In this document: positions 23,835-35,418 of the stretch, one piece after another
Layout of the letters: each line of letters starts with the position of its first letter
Numbering within the stretch: position 1 is the stretch's first letter
NCBI RefSeq assembly: GCF_011745625.1
Contig: NW_027191456.1
Span: 372,001 to 436,000 of the forward strand
Length of the DNA stretch: 64,000 nucleotides
Reading direction: 5' to 3'
Source: Cladosporium halotolerans
Taxonomy: Eukaryota
Position numbers and translations under genes: made by a program
Notes under the pieces: model-generated
Database searches by the model: none
What the model saw: the letters and a program-made list of their open reading frames with translations, nothing else
What the model was told of the DNA's origin: nothing

Positions 23835-24909
23835 CTAGTCCCTGAGGGCCTTCTCGGCGAACTTGGGCAGCACGAAGGCGGCCTCGTGTACCTCCTTGCT
23901 GTAGTACTTGCAGAGCTTGTCCTCCTCCTCGGTCGACCAGGAGCGCAGGGGCTTCTTGACGTTGACGCTGCCGTCCTTGCAGCAGACCATGAAGCCGATC
24001 TGGCCGGCCGGGTAGGTCGGGATGGTGGTCCAGCCGTACTCGGCGACGGGGAAGACCTCCTTGCACTGCTTCTTGAGGTTGGTGATCATGCTCATGTGGA
24101 GCCAGGGGTTCTCGGCTGTGGAGGGGGAGATGTCAGTCTGGTTGGTCCGGGTACAGCTGCAGGCCAGCCGTGGCTGGGGTGAGTACAGCCGTGCGAGGGA
24201 GGGGCTTACAACCTTGGGTGGTGATGATGCCGCCGTCGCGCAGGGCGCCCTTGAGCAGCTCAAAGTAGGGCTTCTGGAAGAGCATCTCGGCGGGGCCCTC
24301 GGGGTCGGAGGAGTCGGTGATGATGACGTCGAACTCGTTCTTGTAGTCGTCGAGGAACTTGAAGCCGTCGCCGACGTGCACCTTGACTTTGGGGTGCTGG
24401 TATCCGACGCTCATGCTGGGCAGGTACTTCTTGCTGAGGCGGATGACGGCCTCGTCGATGTCGCAGAGGACGGCCTCCTCGACGCACTCGTGCTTGACGA
24501 CCTCGCGCAGCACGCCTCCGTCACCGCCGCCGATGACCAGCACCTTCTTCGGGTTGGGGTGGGACATCATGCCGAGGTGGGTAATCATCTCCTGGTAGGC
24601 GAACTCGTCGCGCTCGGTGCACTGGATGACGTTGTCGAGGACGAGGACCATGCCGTAGTCGGAGGACTCGAAGATGAGCACATCCTGGTACTTGGACTTC
24701 TCGTGGTGGATGATCTGGTTGACCTTGAGGGTCATGGCCTGGCCAGGCCACATGTCGCTGATCTCGCGGAACCAGCCTGTGGGAGAGGCATGGTTAGCTA
24801 TGATGTGTTTCGGCAAGGTCGCCAGGCTGATCGCAGCGGGATGGAAGAAGCTGTTGGTGCAGAGGTTTCACGTACCATCCTTGATAGTGGGGTGAGTGAT
24901 CTCGGCCAT
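23835..24909 (-). CDS. SPE3: Spermidine synthase
   Basis: [65 protein letters not shown]; two introns (ending near 24777-24875 and 24116-24209/24212). Confidence 0.96.
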
Positions 24910-25647
24910 TGCTGCGGTGTAGAAGCGTGTGCGGGTGGGAGAGGGAAGAAAGCGAGGTTGTAGACGAGCAGCGAATGTCAGAGCCGCGTGAGGTCGAAAA
25001 GTTCTTGCCATGCGCATCGAAGCCCAATCGCCGTCCCACTAAATTTTCCCGGCTTCGTCCCCTTCACCCCACCAAGCCCTGTCTGCCCCACGTTCGTCGG
25101 CCTGATTAGGCGTCTGCATCCGAGCGTCTTCTGATTCACGCAAGATGTACACAGACATCACGCTGGTATCTGACAACATGTGTACTGCTTGTGCTACTTC
25201 AATAGCGCGGGCTTGGTACCTTTGAACATTGGCAGCCCGCTTCTCTGCGTATGCATCGCTCACACTTCCGTGACGGCAAGCATTGCTGAACCACATGAAG
25301 ATAATCCGGGAAGGCAGCTAAGGATTTTGTTGATGCTGGGGATTGCAAAGCATCATGTGCAATGAGGCTAAGTTGCATCGTCAACATGCTCCTTCAGTAT
25401 CTCATTGCAAGAAGGCGGACATGCACGGAGTAAAAAGGCTGGATGTGACTCGGCCTGCGAGACTCGGCGGCTGACCCCGCATGGCAAGCCGTCGAAGCGA
25501 ACCTTGAGAACATGGGCTCAGCGGTATCAGCAATCCAGATGACTCTCCCACTGTTACTCATCCATCAGCCATTCCAATAAATAGACGAGCTTGTCGGATG
25601 GCTTGATATGTGATCATTCTATCTGTATCAAGGCCAGGAACACCACA

Positions 25648-26602
25648 ATGGGTCAATTCTTCGAGCAGATCCCAGAGGTTCGTTTCGAGACCCACTTTCC
25701 AATCCCATTATCATCATCATCAACATGCTCTGACACCGCCACCACAGTCCTTGATAAAATGGATTCTGGAACAGAAGATGTTCTGGGTCGCGACCGCCCC
25801 TCTCAGCGGTAGCGGACACGTCAACGTCTCGCCCAAAGGCGGGCAGTACTTTGGAGTACTGGATCGCAAGACGTTCTGGTACCACGAGCTGACGGGTAGC
25901 GGCAACGAGACGGTGTCGCATATCTACGAACCGGGCAACAACCGCGTGACGATCATGCTAAACGCCTTCGAGGGCCCGCCGCGCATCATGAGGCTCTTCG
26001 GCACTGGCCGCGTGCTCGAATTTGACACGCCGGCGTTCAATGAATTCGTCAATGCGCAGAAGGTCGAGACCATCCCAGGCTCGCGCAGCATCATCATTGT
26101 CGACGTGCACCAGGTTGGCACGTCTTGTGGATTCTCCGTGCCGTACTATGATTTCAAAGATTACAGGCCGATTCTGAACGACTTCTTCAAGAAGAAGGCG
26201 GAGAGGGAGGCTGCTGGCCATGCGTCAGACAGCATGCCGAGGTGAGTTCCAAGCATCTTCGCAACCTGTCTGAATGTGATCTAACATCTCTGCAGATACT
26301 GGGCGTCGAAGAATGCGTGGAGCATGGACGGTCTTCCAGGCACAAACAACGCTCAGGAAACGATGAAAGCGGAGAAGATCACGCCGCTCAAGAAGATGGT
26401 AGGTCCGTTGGCGCCGACACATTACAGAAATTCCAACGTTGGATTCGGCATTGAGCACCTGTTACTTGCGGCTATCTTTGGTGCCATCTTTGCTGTTTTA
26501 GTCCTGCTTTATGGGGCGAGCACTGCGGAGGCTTTGCGTTCCACACTCCCGGCAGATCTAGAGAGCGTGCGTGTTGCGCCTTTCGAGAAGCTTGGTAGCT
26601 GA
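25648..26602 (+). CDS. Pyridoxamine 5'-phosphate oxidase-like FMN-binding protein with C-terminal hydrophobic helix
   Basis: MGQFFEQIP; FWVATAPL..SGHVNVSPKG, LTGSGNET.SH..E.GN.R.TIM..AF.GPP.I.RL, VGTSCGFSVP, YWA.KNA.SMDGLPG; introns 25678-25747 and 26242-26295. Confidence 0.85.
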
Positions 26603-26781
26603 GTGGTATGTTGAGTTTGGTGGAGGTCTTCCGAGGTTGATAGTACTCAGACAGCGTAAAATAATTGCTACAGCAATCCCGAAAACAATCAACAAGCCAT
26701 ATAACTTATGTTGCGAGCAATGCTCACGCTGCGGTCCAGATGCGACGATCCTCCATCATCCGGTTGCTGACTGAGTCTGGA

Positions 26782-26827
26782 ACAGAGAGGCTTCACTTAG
26801 CAGACAGAGAGGCTTCACTTAGCAGAC
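26782..26827. repeat. Perfect 22-bp tandem duplication (ACAGAGAGGCTTCACTTAGCAG x2)
   Basis: Read directly in the intergenic sequence. Confidence 0.9.
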
Positions 26828-27621
26828 GCGTGACAAGCACGTGTTCTCTTATCTTCCACATCTCAACATTTCAAACATGTCAAATCAAGACGCGGTCAAG
26901 CCCGCCGATCCGGCTCTACGTCCGGTATGTCCGGAGAACGAGCAAACCACAAACTGCCATGCAACGGCTTGAGCAGAGCCTCCAGGGCCTGAACAGACAC
27001 TGCACGGTTAGCCTTGCCACAAAGGAGCATCAGGCAAGTGCTGACAGTCCTTAGAAAGGCCGAGTGCAGGACTGTCCAAAGCACTCGCTTTCCACCACCA
27101 TCATCGTGGGGGTCTCCACGGCTGCGACTCCACAACTCCGCACTCGGCTGCTCCTCACAGGCTCCTTCACATCCCCACGTCTTGCGTCCGAAAAGCAGAT
27201 CATCCCTACAACAGGAAAAGCTCGAGAAGCAAGATCACTTCCTGAGGCGAAAGTTCTCGCCTGAAAGGTTCGGGCCAAAGTCAGTCCATCCAGCTGGTGA
27301 AGTGCCGCTATAACCGGTCACCCGCACGCCTATGGTGGGCCATGCGTGCGGGCCATGCAACTATGTCAAGGCGCATCGCAGTCTTGGCCTGGGGGTTAGA
27401 GGAAGCTTATGTGGTGAATCGTCGCGCGTGGCTCCTCTTCCAAGACTTGCTTGTGTGCTCTTGGGCTTGAGCGTGGAAGTGATAAGCTATTGGGCTTGTC
27501 TCCGGACGTGTATTACTGCGAGGTGTCGACCATCCTACTGACCGCCCGTCTAATGCTCTACAATATCCTTTTTCTCATCAGTCTACCTCTCACATCGTGA
27601 CCGCATCGAAATCGACTCACC

Positions 27622-29280
27622 ATGAGCGACATCGAGAAGAAGGGGTCCTTGGACGGATCCGCGGCCGACCAACTCGAGACGGTCCAGACAAAAGAGGGCA
27701 TTCACACCTTCGTACCGCCGACAAGTCAAGAAGAAGCAGCAGTCATTCGCAAGCTTGACCGACGATTACTGCCTTTGGTCTTCGTTCTATATTCCCTCAG
27801 CGTCCTCGACCGCAGCAACCTTGGCAATGCCCGCCTCGCGGGAATGGAAGACGATATCGACCTGAGCGGAAATCGATACAGTCTCTTGGGAACGATCTTC
27901 TACATCGCCTACATCGTGAGCCAGTGAGTCCCCCCTCAACTGCAGCCTTCACTTTCGCACACACTGACCATCTTACTTCTAGATGGACTTGCATGGGCTG
28001 GAAGCAATTCGCGCCGCACAGATGGTGCGCGTTCTGCGTCTTTTTCTGGGGATTTGTCGCGACGATCCAGGCGACGGCTACCTCCTGGGGAGGCTTGATG
28101 GCCTGCCGCTTCTTCCTCGGCGTGGCAGAAGCCATGTTCGGCCCCGGCGTGCCGCTCTACCTCAGTTTCTTTTATCCTCGCGAGAAGGTCGGCTTTCGAC
28201 ACGGCGTCTTCCTTAGCGGAGCGGCGATGGCGAATGCCTACGGCGGCGCTCTCGCCTACGGCATCTCGCAGATCAAGAACCAGGTTGCGCCGTGGCAGCT
28301 GCTGTTCATCATCGAGGGCCTGCCGACGTGCCTCTTCGCCATCCCCTGCTGGTTCTTCATCCCGGACAGCATCTCCAAGGCCAAGTTCCTGACGGCGCGC
28401 GAGAAGGACGTAGCGCTGCACATGACGGCGAAGAACCAACGTGTCGACGTCGACAAGCAGGAAGGCGTGCGCGTCAAGGAAATGCTAGACGGCATCAAAG
28501 ACCCGAAGTCGTGGATCCCAGCCCTATGCTACTTCGGCTGGTGAGTTACAGCCCCTTCTACCCAAAGTAACCCCCCACCCACTAACCAGCTCCCCCCTCA
28601 CAGCAACGTCTCCTTCGCCTCCCTCCCCCTCTTCATCCCCACCATCATCTCCGAAATGGGCACCTTCAGCCGCATCACGTCGCAAGGCCTCTCCGCGCCG
28701 CCCTACGTCTTCTGCTTCCTGACCATCATCACGCTCTGCTGGCTGTCGGACAAGTTCCAGATGCGCGGGCCCTTCTGCGCGCTGGCGGCGACGGTCGCGG
28801 GCGTGGGGTTCATCATCAACGCGACGACGACGACCACCGCGCCGCGCTACTTCAGCATCTTCCTGAGCGTGGAGATCTTCGCGAGCGTGGCGCTGCTGCT
28901 AGCCTGGGTGGCGAACATCCATGCCACGGAGAGCAAGCGCGCGGGAGGGTACACGGTGCTGGCGACGGTGGGGCAGTGTGGGCCTTTGCTCGGTGAGTTT
29001 TCTTGTTTCCCTCTTGATGAAGATCTGGGGCGCGGGCTGATGATTGACGCAAGGCACGAATGTTTTCCCCGAAGGCGAGGGGCCGCTTTACCGCAAGGGC
29101 ATGTGGATCTCGGCGGCGATGTGTCTCATGGTGGCGGCGCTGAGCGTGGTGCTGTCCTGCTGGCTAATCTACGAGAACAAGAAGATGGACCGCGAGGGTG
29201 TGCCGGAGGTGGAGGAATTTGAGGAGACGAGCGTGGGGCGGGAGAGTGGGAGGCAGGAGAGGCACAGATATGTGTGGTGA
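27622..29280 (+). CDS. MFS transporter, anion:cation symporter (Dal5/Tna1-like) family
   Basis: RKLDRRLLP, LDRSNLGNAR, RFFLGVAEA.FGPG, WQLLFIIEGL, LSAPPY; introns 27924-27982, 28541-28603, 28993-29053. Confidence 0.9.
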
Positions 29281-29639
29281 AGGGGGAGCTCTGACATGCG
29301 AATAGATACCTAGGCTTGGCTGGGTTGAAGCAGTCACGGAGATCTTACATTCACATAAACGAGACATGTGTCACGTCACCTGATAGCAAGAGAAGTGTGT
29401 TCGGACATTCCATTCTGCGGCTGTCGTACTAACGGTATGTTCGTTGCTTTCATCATCTCGTCATCCTCGGGTCACAAGCCGATGCTTGGCCAGTCCTAGC
29501 CGAGCCCTGCGTCACTGTCATGTCCCGCCCATGATCGCAAAAGCGGATATATTGTCCATGTCGAGAACGCCGAAATCAGGTGCTGCGAGAGGTCGATAGT
29601 CGGACTGGTTCACGCAGGCGGCATGGCCGAATTGCTCGT

Positions 29640-29781
29640 TTCTGCAGATGGGTGTCAGTGGCGGATTCGCCTTTCCGAGCTCCGTCATAAGTGGCGGAAA
29701 CGAACACTTGGAGCAAGAGCACTGGCCCGGGGCGCAGGTGCAGTTGGTGCAGGTGCACCCAGCGTTGCCGCAGCCGCCCAT
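29640..29781 (-). CDS. Small fungal (copper) metallothionein, 25 aa, MGGCGNAGCTCTNCTCAPGQCSCSK
   Basis: 7 Cys including three CxC pairs; intron 29642-29705 (GTTCGT..CTGAC..CTGCAG) splits the TAA stop; A/C-rich leader and TATAAA at 29909-29914. Confidence 0.8.
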
Positions 29782-29908
29782 TGTGTTTGATTGAAGGTGG
29801 ATTGGTGGGGTTTGAGAGTTTTGAGGGTGCTAAAGAGCTGAGCTGTTCTTTGGAAGGCGGTTGGTATCGTAGTTGGGTTCGGAGCGATAACTGGCGGCGG
29901 GCGTTCAC

Positions 29909-30202
29909 TTTATAGGCGCGCGGGGCAAAGCGCGCTTTGTGCGGCGCCCAAGGGTCCCACAGCAGCTGCCCCACCATTCGGTGGGATTGGACGGGCAAAG
30001 CGCGCCCAGATGACCGCCGGTTTCCACCAAACGAGCCACATTCGCCGTCAGGCTATCGCCGAGGAAGCACAAGTACCGCGTGCATCAGCCAAGCCTATAC
30101 GGCCCTTCGCGTCGAATAGGAGGTCGCCTAGTAGTGCATGCCCTGCGCGCTGCTGGCGGCGAGTGGGAAAAAGTAAAGATAGGTGAACAACTCCGCTTTG
30201 CC
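29909..30202 (-). promoter_or_regulatory. Putative metallothionein promoter: TATAAA plus four CAAAGCG motifs
   Basis: TATAAA 29909-29914 (minus strand); palindrome CAAAGCGCGCTTTG 29926-29939; further copies at 29996-30002 and 30194-30200. Confidence 0.45.
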
Positions 30203-30403
30203 ATGTCGGCTCGCCGTTCGTGGTCCAGAACCGGGTAGCGAGCCACTCTCGCATGAGCTGTTGGTCTTGGTCCGCGGGATCGCATAGAGAGATACGTCCT
30301 CAAGCCCTTGGATAACCGAATGTATCCTCACATCAAGGACGTTGCGGTCGCGTGGAACGAATCGTGTCATGAGAAGGGCCGGCCTCCCACGCAGCATGCA
30401 CAT

Positions 30404-31540
30404 TCATCCAGCCTCGCGAGCCAGAGCAGCTTCGATCCGTTGCATGGCGTCCATTGTCTCGGCCGGTGTGCCCGGATCGCTCCTCTCAGGAGGTGTCTCT
30501 CCAGCCATCTTTGCAGCAAGCTCGTCGAAGAACGCATCGGCCTTTCTCTTGTACCCTTGCTTTCCCGAGCTCTCCTTCGATTGCTCTTGCGATGCCTGCT
30601 CGGCCGTCCCATCCTCTCGCCTGTCTCCGGTATCCCTCTTCTGGCCGCGCGCCTTTTCAGTCTCCAGCCTCTCCCTCTCCAGCTCTTCCATCTGCTTCTT
30701 CCTCTCCTCAGCATCCTCGCTGAACTGAAAGAACCCCGTGCCCTTCTGCCTAATCTCCCTAGTAGCATCAAAGTGCACATCCGGCGGCGGCGTCAAGCTC
30801 CTATCCCTCTTCTTCGCCAGCTCCTCCATCTGCAGCTCGACCTTCTCATCCGGATTGAACGCCTGGTGCTGAATCGTATCCCCATAGATAACCCCCGCCG
30901 GCGCCGTCGGCCTCGCAGTAAACCTATCGCCAGCCAGATCCCTCTGTCCACGCAGCACCCTCGCCGCCCTCGCCGCCTCCGCGCGCGTGCCCCTCCTCGT
31001 CCGCCCAAACTCATCCTCGTACTCCACCTCCTCTCCATCCCCATCCTCCTCTTCCTCCTCACTATCATCCCCATCATCCTCCTCATCCAAACCCCCATCC
31101 CCATACCTCTCCGCCCACATCCGATCAAAATCCACCGCGAACCTCCCCTCCTCATCCTCCACATCCCCCCTCTTCATAGCAGCGTACAAGCGCGCCTTCT
31201 CCTCCATCCTCCGCCTGCTCCTCTTCCAGACCTCCGCGTCCAGCCCCTCGCCATGAGTCGTGTGCGTCTGCGCGAGCGCCGCGTTGCCTCCACCCGTCAG
31301 GTCCTTCCGCGCCCGCAACGCCGCATTGCGATTGTGCGTCGCGAAGACGTCTTCTTTCCCACTCCTTGCTTTTTTCGCCGGGCGGGAAGAAGAGGAGGCA
31401 GGCGTGTTCTGGATCAGCGAGCCGAGTTGGCTGGCGAAGGAGGCGGTCGTGCTGGAGGAGATTTCGCGGCTGCCTTTGAGGCGTTTGGGGCGCGGGGCGC
31501 CGTAGAGGGCGGCGTCTTTGGAGGGGGAGGAGGAGGACAT
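30404..31540 (-). CDS. CCDC174 / DUF4078 family protein
   Basis: MEEKARLYAAMKRG, VEYEDEFGRTRRGT, HFDA..EIRQKGTGFFQFSED.EERKKQMEELE.ER.ETE. Confidence 0.85.
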   Translation of the reverse strand: MSSSSPSKDAALYGAPRPKRLKGSREISSSTTASFASQLGSLIQNTPASSSSRPAKKARSGKEDVFATHNRNAALRARKDLTGGGNAALAQTHTTHGEGLDAEVWKRSRRRMEEKARLYAAMKRGDVEDEEGRFAVDFDRMWAERYGDGGLDEEDDGDDSEEEEEDGDGEEVEYEDEFGRTRRGTRAEAARAARVLRGQRDLAGDRFTARPTAPAGVIYGDTIQHQAFNPDEKVELQMEELAKKRDRSLTPPPDVHFDATREIRQKGTGFFQFSEDAEERKKQMEELERERLETEKARGQKRDTGDRREDGTAEQASQEQSKESSGKQGYKRKADAFFDELAAKMAGETPPERSDPGTPAETMDAMQRIEAALAREAG

Positions 31541-31871
31541 GAGTGGGTGTTTTGGGGGTCGTCGTGGTTTTTGGGTGGGTGGGAGTGGGCGGTTTGGCGG
31601 CCATCAAGGTCGAAAGATAAATTGAGGGAAGCTGCGCTTGCGGGCGGCGGCGATCGCTCGGGCTTTGCGCGCGAGCGTCATCGCGGCTTTCACATGCTGC
31701 TTTGGCGTTTGGTGACGCTTGGTAGAGGCAGTGAATTGAATCATGTTATCAATGAATGTGTGAGATTAGTTGTCTTGCTGTATCTATCTGCGACCTGAAG
31801 ACTAATATCAAAAGCACAACTTTTGATCGACTGCCAAAGCGTCTGAAACCATCCACCCTGAACCTAACTCC

Positions 31872-33272
31872 TCACACGCCCTTCTTCCTCACGTCGTGAA
31901 ACCACCATCCACCGCAAAGCAAGAAAATGGGCACCGTCGTGACGACGACCGTCATGCCCAGCGCCAGCCAGAGTGAATCCCAGCTGTGCACCTCATACAT
32001 GTGGGCCGACCAGATCGGACCAAAAGTGTTGCCCGCCGACCAAGCGGTGTTGAACAAGCCGTAGCCCTGCCCGTAGGAGCCGTTCCTGAACCTCGCCGAG
32101 CCGACGCGGGACTCGTCTTCCTTCGTGACGACGTACGCGATGTCTGCCGTCAGCGGCTCGAGGACGACGGTGACGGCGACGCCGATGACGGGCAGCAGCG
32201 CCCAGAGCAGTCTGTGGTCGGCGCTGTCGGTGATGGCGCGCAGGGCGAGCAGGCAGGCGCCGAGGACGAGCATGCCGACGACGGCGACGGGGCGCCGGCC
32301 GAAGCGGTCTGAGATGTGGCCGAAGACGGGGCCGAAGAAGGCTGGGGCCGCGAGCGCGACGTAGGCGTCGGCGACTTTGTTGTGGTCCCAGCCGAAGTTC
32401 TCGCGTGCGTGCAGCGGGAGGGCGATTTTGAAGGCGTCGCCGATAACGGCCATGATGAAGACGCCCCAGATGGCGCAGACGAAGCGAGGGCGGTAGAGGA
32501 GGGTGATGACCGATGGGAGGCGGTGGGCGAGAGAGGACACTTTCTTGCGTCTGCTTGGGGGTTTCTCTTGTTGAGTCGCTTTGTCAATGTCGTCCGTCTT
32601 GTTAGGCTGAGGTGCAGATGTCAAGGAGGGATTGCGTGAAGCAGGCACCTTCTTTTCCGACATTACGAGACGCAAGATGAGATCCCCACCGATGAGAAGG
32701 AGGCACATCGCGAAGACGCCATGCAGGCCGAAGTAGTTGAATACGACTGATCCGATCTTCGGTCCCAAGATCGTTCCCAGATTCATTCCGATCCCTACGT
32801 ATCCCATAAACTCTCCAATCCGAGCGTGACCCACGGTGTCGAACATGATGGCCAGGGACATGACCCAGACGATGGCTGAGCCGATGCCTTGGAAGATGCG
32901 GGCGATGTAGGCGAGCTGTATGACTGTCACCCTCCAGAGCATGGCTGTAGAGCCAAGTATTAAGAACACTCCAAGCAGGAATAGCGGACGGCGTGACTTC
33001 GAACGGTCCGACCACCACCCGAGGATAGCTGGGCTATGTCAGTACTACCATGATCGAAGGAATGGGAGAAATTTACGGGAAGAGACGAGCATGGCTACGC
33101 CGCAAGTGGTAAGCAAGAGGGAGTTTTTCTCCGCTATATCTTGTCGGATGTGAAACTGGCTCTCCAACATCGCTGGTGCTATTGGCACTATGCAAGTGAA
33201 GATGAACTGATCCGTGAAAACAGCATAAGAGACGACGAATGCAATGAAAGCCTTGGAGGAGCGGAATGGCAT
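31872..33272 (-). CDS. MFS transporter (vesicular amine transporter / DHA1-like); 5' end uncertain
   Basis: FRSSKAFIAFVVSYAVFTDQF, GWWSDRSKSRR motif A, ARIFQGIG, GHISDRFGRR, YGQGYGLFN.AWSAG; intron near 33029-33076. Confidence 0.82.
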
Positions 33273-35418
33273 GATGGGCAATTCCGTTATGTCTTCGAAG
33301 GGCGTTGCTCGCGTGGTTGGGCGTTCGGGAGGGCGTTCAGGGTGGTTCAAATATACCTTGGGTCACTGTTCATTGCAAGGATGAAGCCGTCGAATCGTAG
33401 CATTCTTAAAAGGCAGAAGGCAGTGTCTTGAGTGCGACGAGCTGCAATGCACCTTCTGCTGTTCTCTTAGATCCAGAGATCTCTCCAAATGCTCCTACCT
33501 AGTATATGGATTAGATGTCAGATCGCAGCAGGCGTGTTGATGGGCTCCGCGACACTTGGAGGAACCACTACGGAACCATCTCATGGATAGGCGCCCGCAG
33601 TCGTATCCCGCGCGCCATTCCTTCGTACTGCTGTCCTCGCGGTGTGTTATGAGCGTGAAGTTACCGAGTAGTAGTACAAACAGCACGCACACGGCTGCAC
33701 ATTCGAAGCGTGTGCGGTCTTGGTGAAGGCGGGCATACAAGCATACGGCAGATGCGACTGATGTGCATCCTACATCAGGCCAGGCAGGTGCACACGGTGC
33801 AGCAAGGCACGGTAGTCTCGGAGAAAGAGCGGCGTGGAGAGCAAGCCAGCCCTGGTCACATGATGACTGATCGCCTGATGAGGATGTCGCGCAAGGTCTG
33901 AGAAGCCTGAGGCAGAAACGGCCGAGGAGGAATTGACTTCACAGATGACTCGGGGGTGCAGGAGGCCGAACGCAGAACGCAGCACGCCGCAGCAACGCGT
34001 GCACAAGCTCCCGTCGTTTGTTTGCGCGCGAAGCCCCTCAGCAGCGGCCAGTGCGACCCGTTGCTTATGACGTACACCGCGTGCACCCGACGCGTCCGGA
34101 GCGCTCCATCAGCGCTGCGGGCGATGAGCTATGAGCGATGAGAGCTTCCCGGCGGCCGAGGGTGCCGATACCTGAGGCAGGTACCTTAGTGTTTGCACGG
34201 ACTCGGACTGGCTGGCGCAAAGCTCGGCTGCTCGGCCTCTCCTCGTGCATCGCAGCGAATGCACTCCCCTCGGTAACAGCGAATGCACGGCGGGAGATGT
34301 TGGTCGGGTTGGTCGGAGGCGTGGGACGGTCGGACAAATGTGAGACGGAGGCGGAGGGTGTCGGCTCGCAGAGCTCCCTCGCGCCCGTGCGGGTTGCGCG
34401 CTCAGCGCTGGGCAGCGAGGGAGAGCGAGTGAGAGCTCAGAGCCGGCGATTCTGCCCTGCAGCCTCTCCAACCACCCGCCACCTAGCGTGACAGCATTTC
34501 TGAGCACGCCCGCATGAAATCATCGCCGCCGTGCTGAGATGTGCTGTGGGCCAGCAGCGCTCTGCGCCAGGGCGACTGCGCGGCGAGAATGCGTGTATGA
34601 GGCGGTGAATGATGGTTGCTATCGATGTACGGCTGTTCACGAACATTTCGAGCGTGATATCGCCATGTATCGCCCCGCGGCAGGCGCAGGCGGTGGTGCT
34701 TAACTCGGCGGGTGCATGTTTGGGCTAGGTACGGCGGGCTGGCTGCGAGGGGCTGCCACCTGCTGTTGCGCGGCCGGCGCTCCAGGAGTGAAGCGCCGCC
34801 CGCCCTCTGCCACTTTGCCTGCTGCTGCTCTCTCCTACCAAATCCACCACCAAACACGCCCTACAGCAAAAAGGTGAGGCCCCGATCCCCCATACAAGCC
34901 CGGCTGCACCAGAACATCGATCGCATCTTCGCGGCGCCAACGCAGCCTCAACAGCGCGTGTTTTGCACGCGTATCGACCCTCGTCGTCGTTTGTTGTTGC
35001 TCGTCGCATTCCACCGCCGCCTTCAGCGAGCGGCCTCGATTGTTGTTGTCGTCGTCAATCGGCGCATGCGCGATTCATCAGCTAACCCAGCAATCGCACA
35101 GTCACACACCCACGCCTGTTGAAAGCAGCGTCTTCACTTTCACCTCCACACAGTAAGTCTGCTCATCCTCTTTCACCTGCGTCTTGAGCGCGTCACGTGC
35201 CACTGCCTGGAGGCGGCGGCGGCGGCGGCGACACGCGCAAGCAGCAACGCGCCATCAGCCAGCTGCGCGACATCCATCGATCGCAACACCGCCACCACGC
35301 CGGCGCAAGCAAACTGTTTCGATATTCTGCGTCGCGAAACCTCCTCACAGATCCCTCAGCTGACGACGCGTCGCGTGCCTCAGCCTTTCAAGCAACAACA
35401 ACACCCAAACCCTTCACC

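Noticed and set aside
24116..24212. Stwintron (nested intron) interpretation of SPE3 intron 2
   Set aside because: Removing the putative internal intron leaves GTTCCA or GTTCTG, which is not a credible donor; a tandem donor is the simpler reading.
30308..31798. 496-aa plus-strand ORF antisense to the CCDC174-like gene
   Set aside because: L/P/R-rich shadow of a purine-rich sense strand with no recognisable motifs. The same applies to antisense ORFs at 10556-11659, 24022-24963, 37439-38545, 50146-51033, 57966-58862 and 58760-59770.
33860..33910. Box C/D-like motifs (ATGATGA..CTGA..TGATGA..CTGA) upstream of NHP6
   Set aside because: Span is only ~50 nt with no evident terminal stem or recognisable rRNA guide; would need snoscan or Infernal support.
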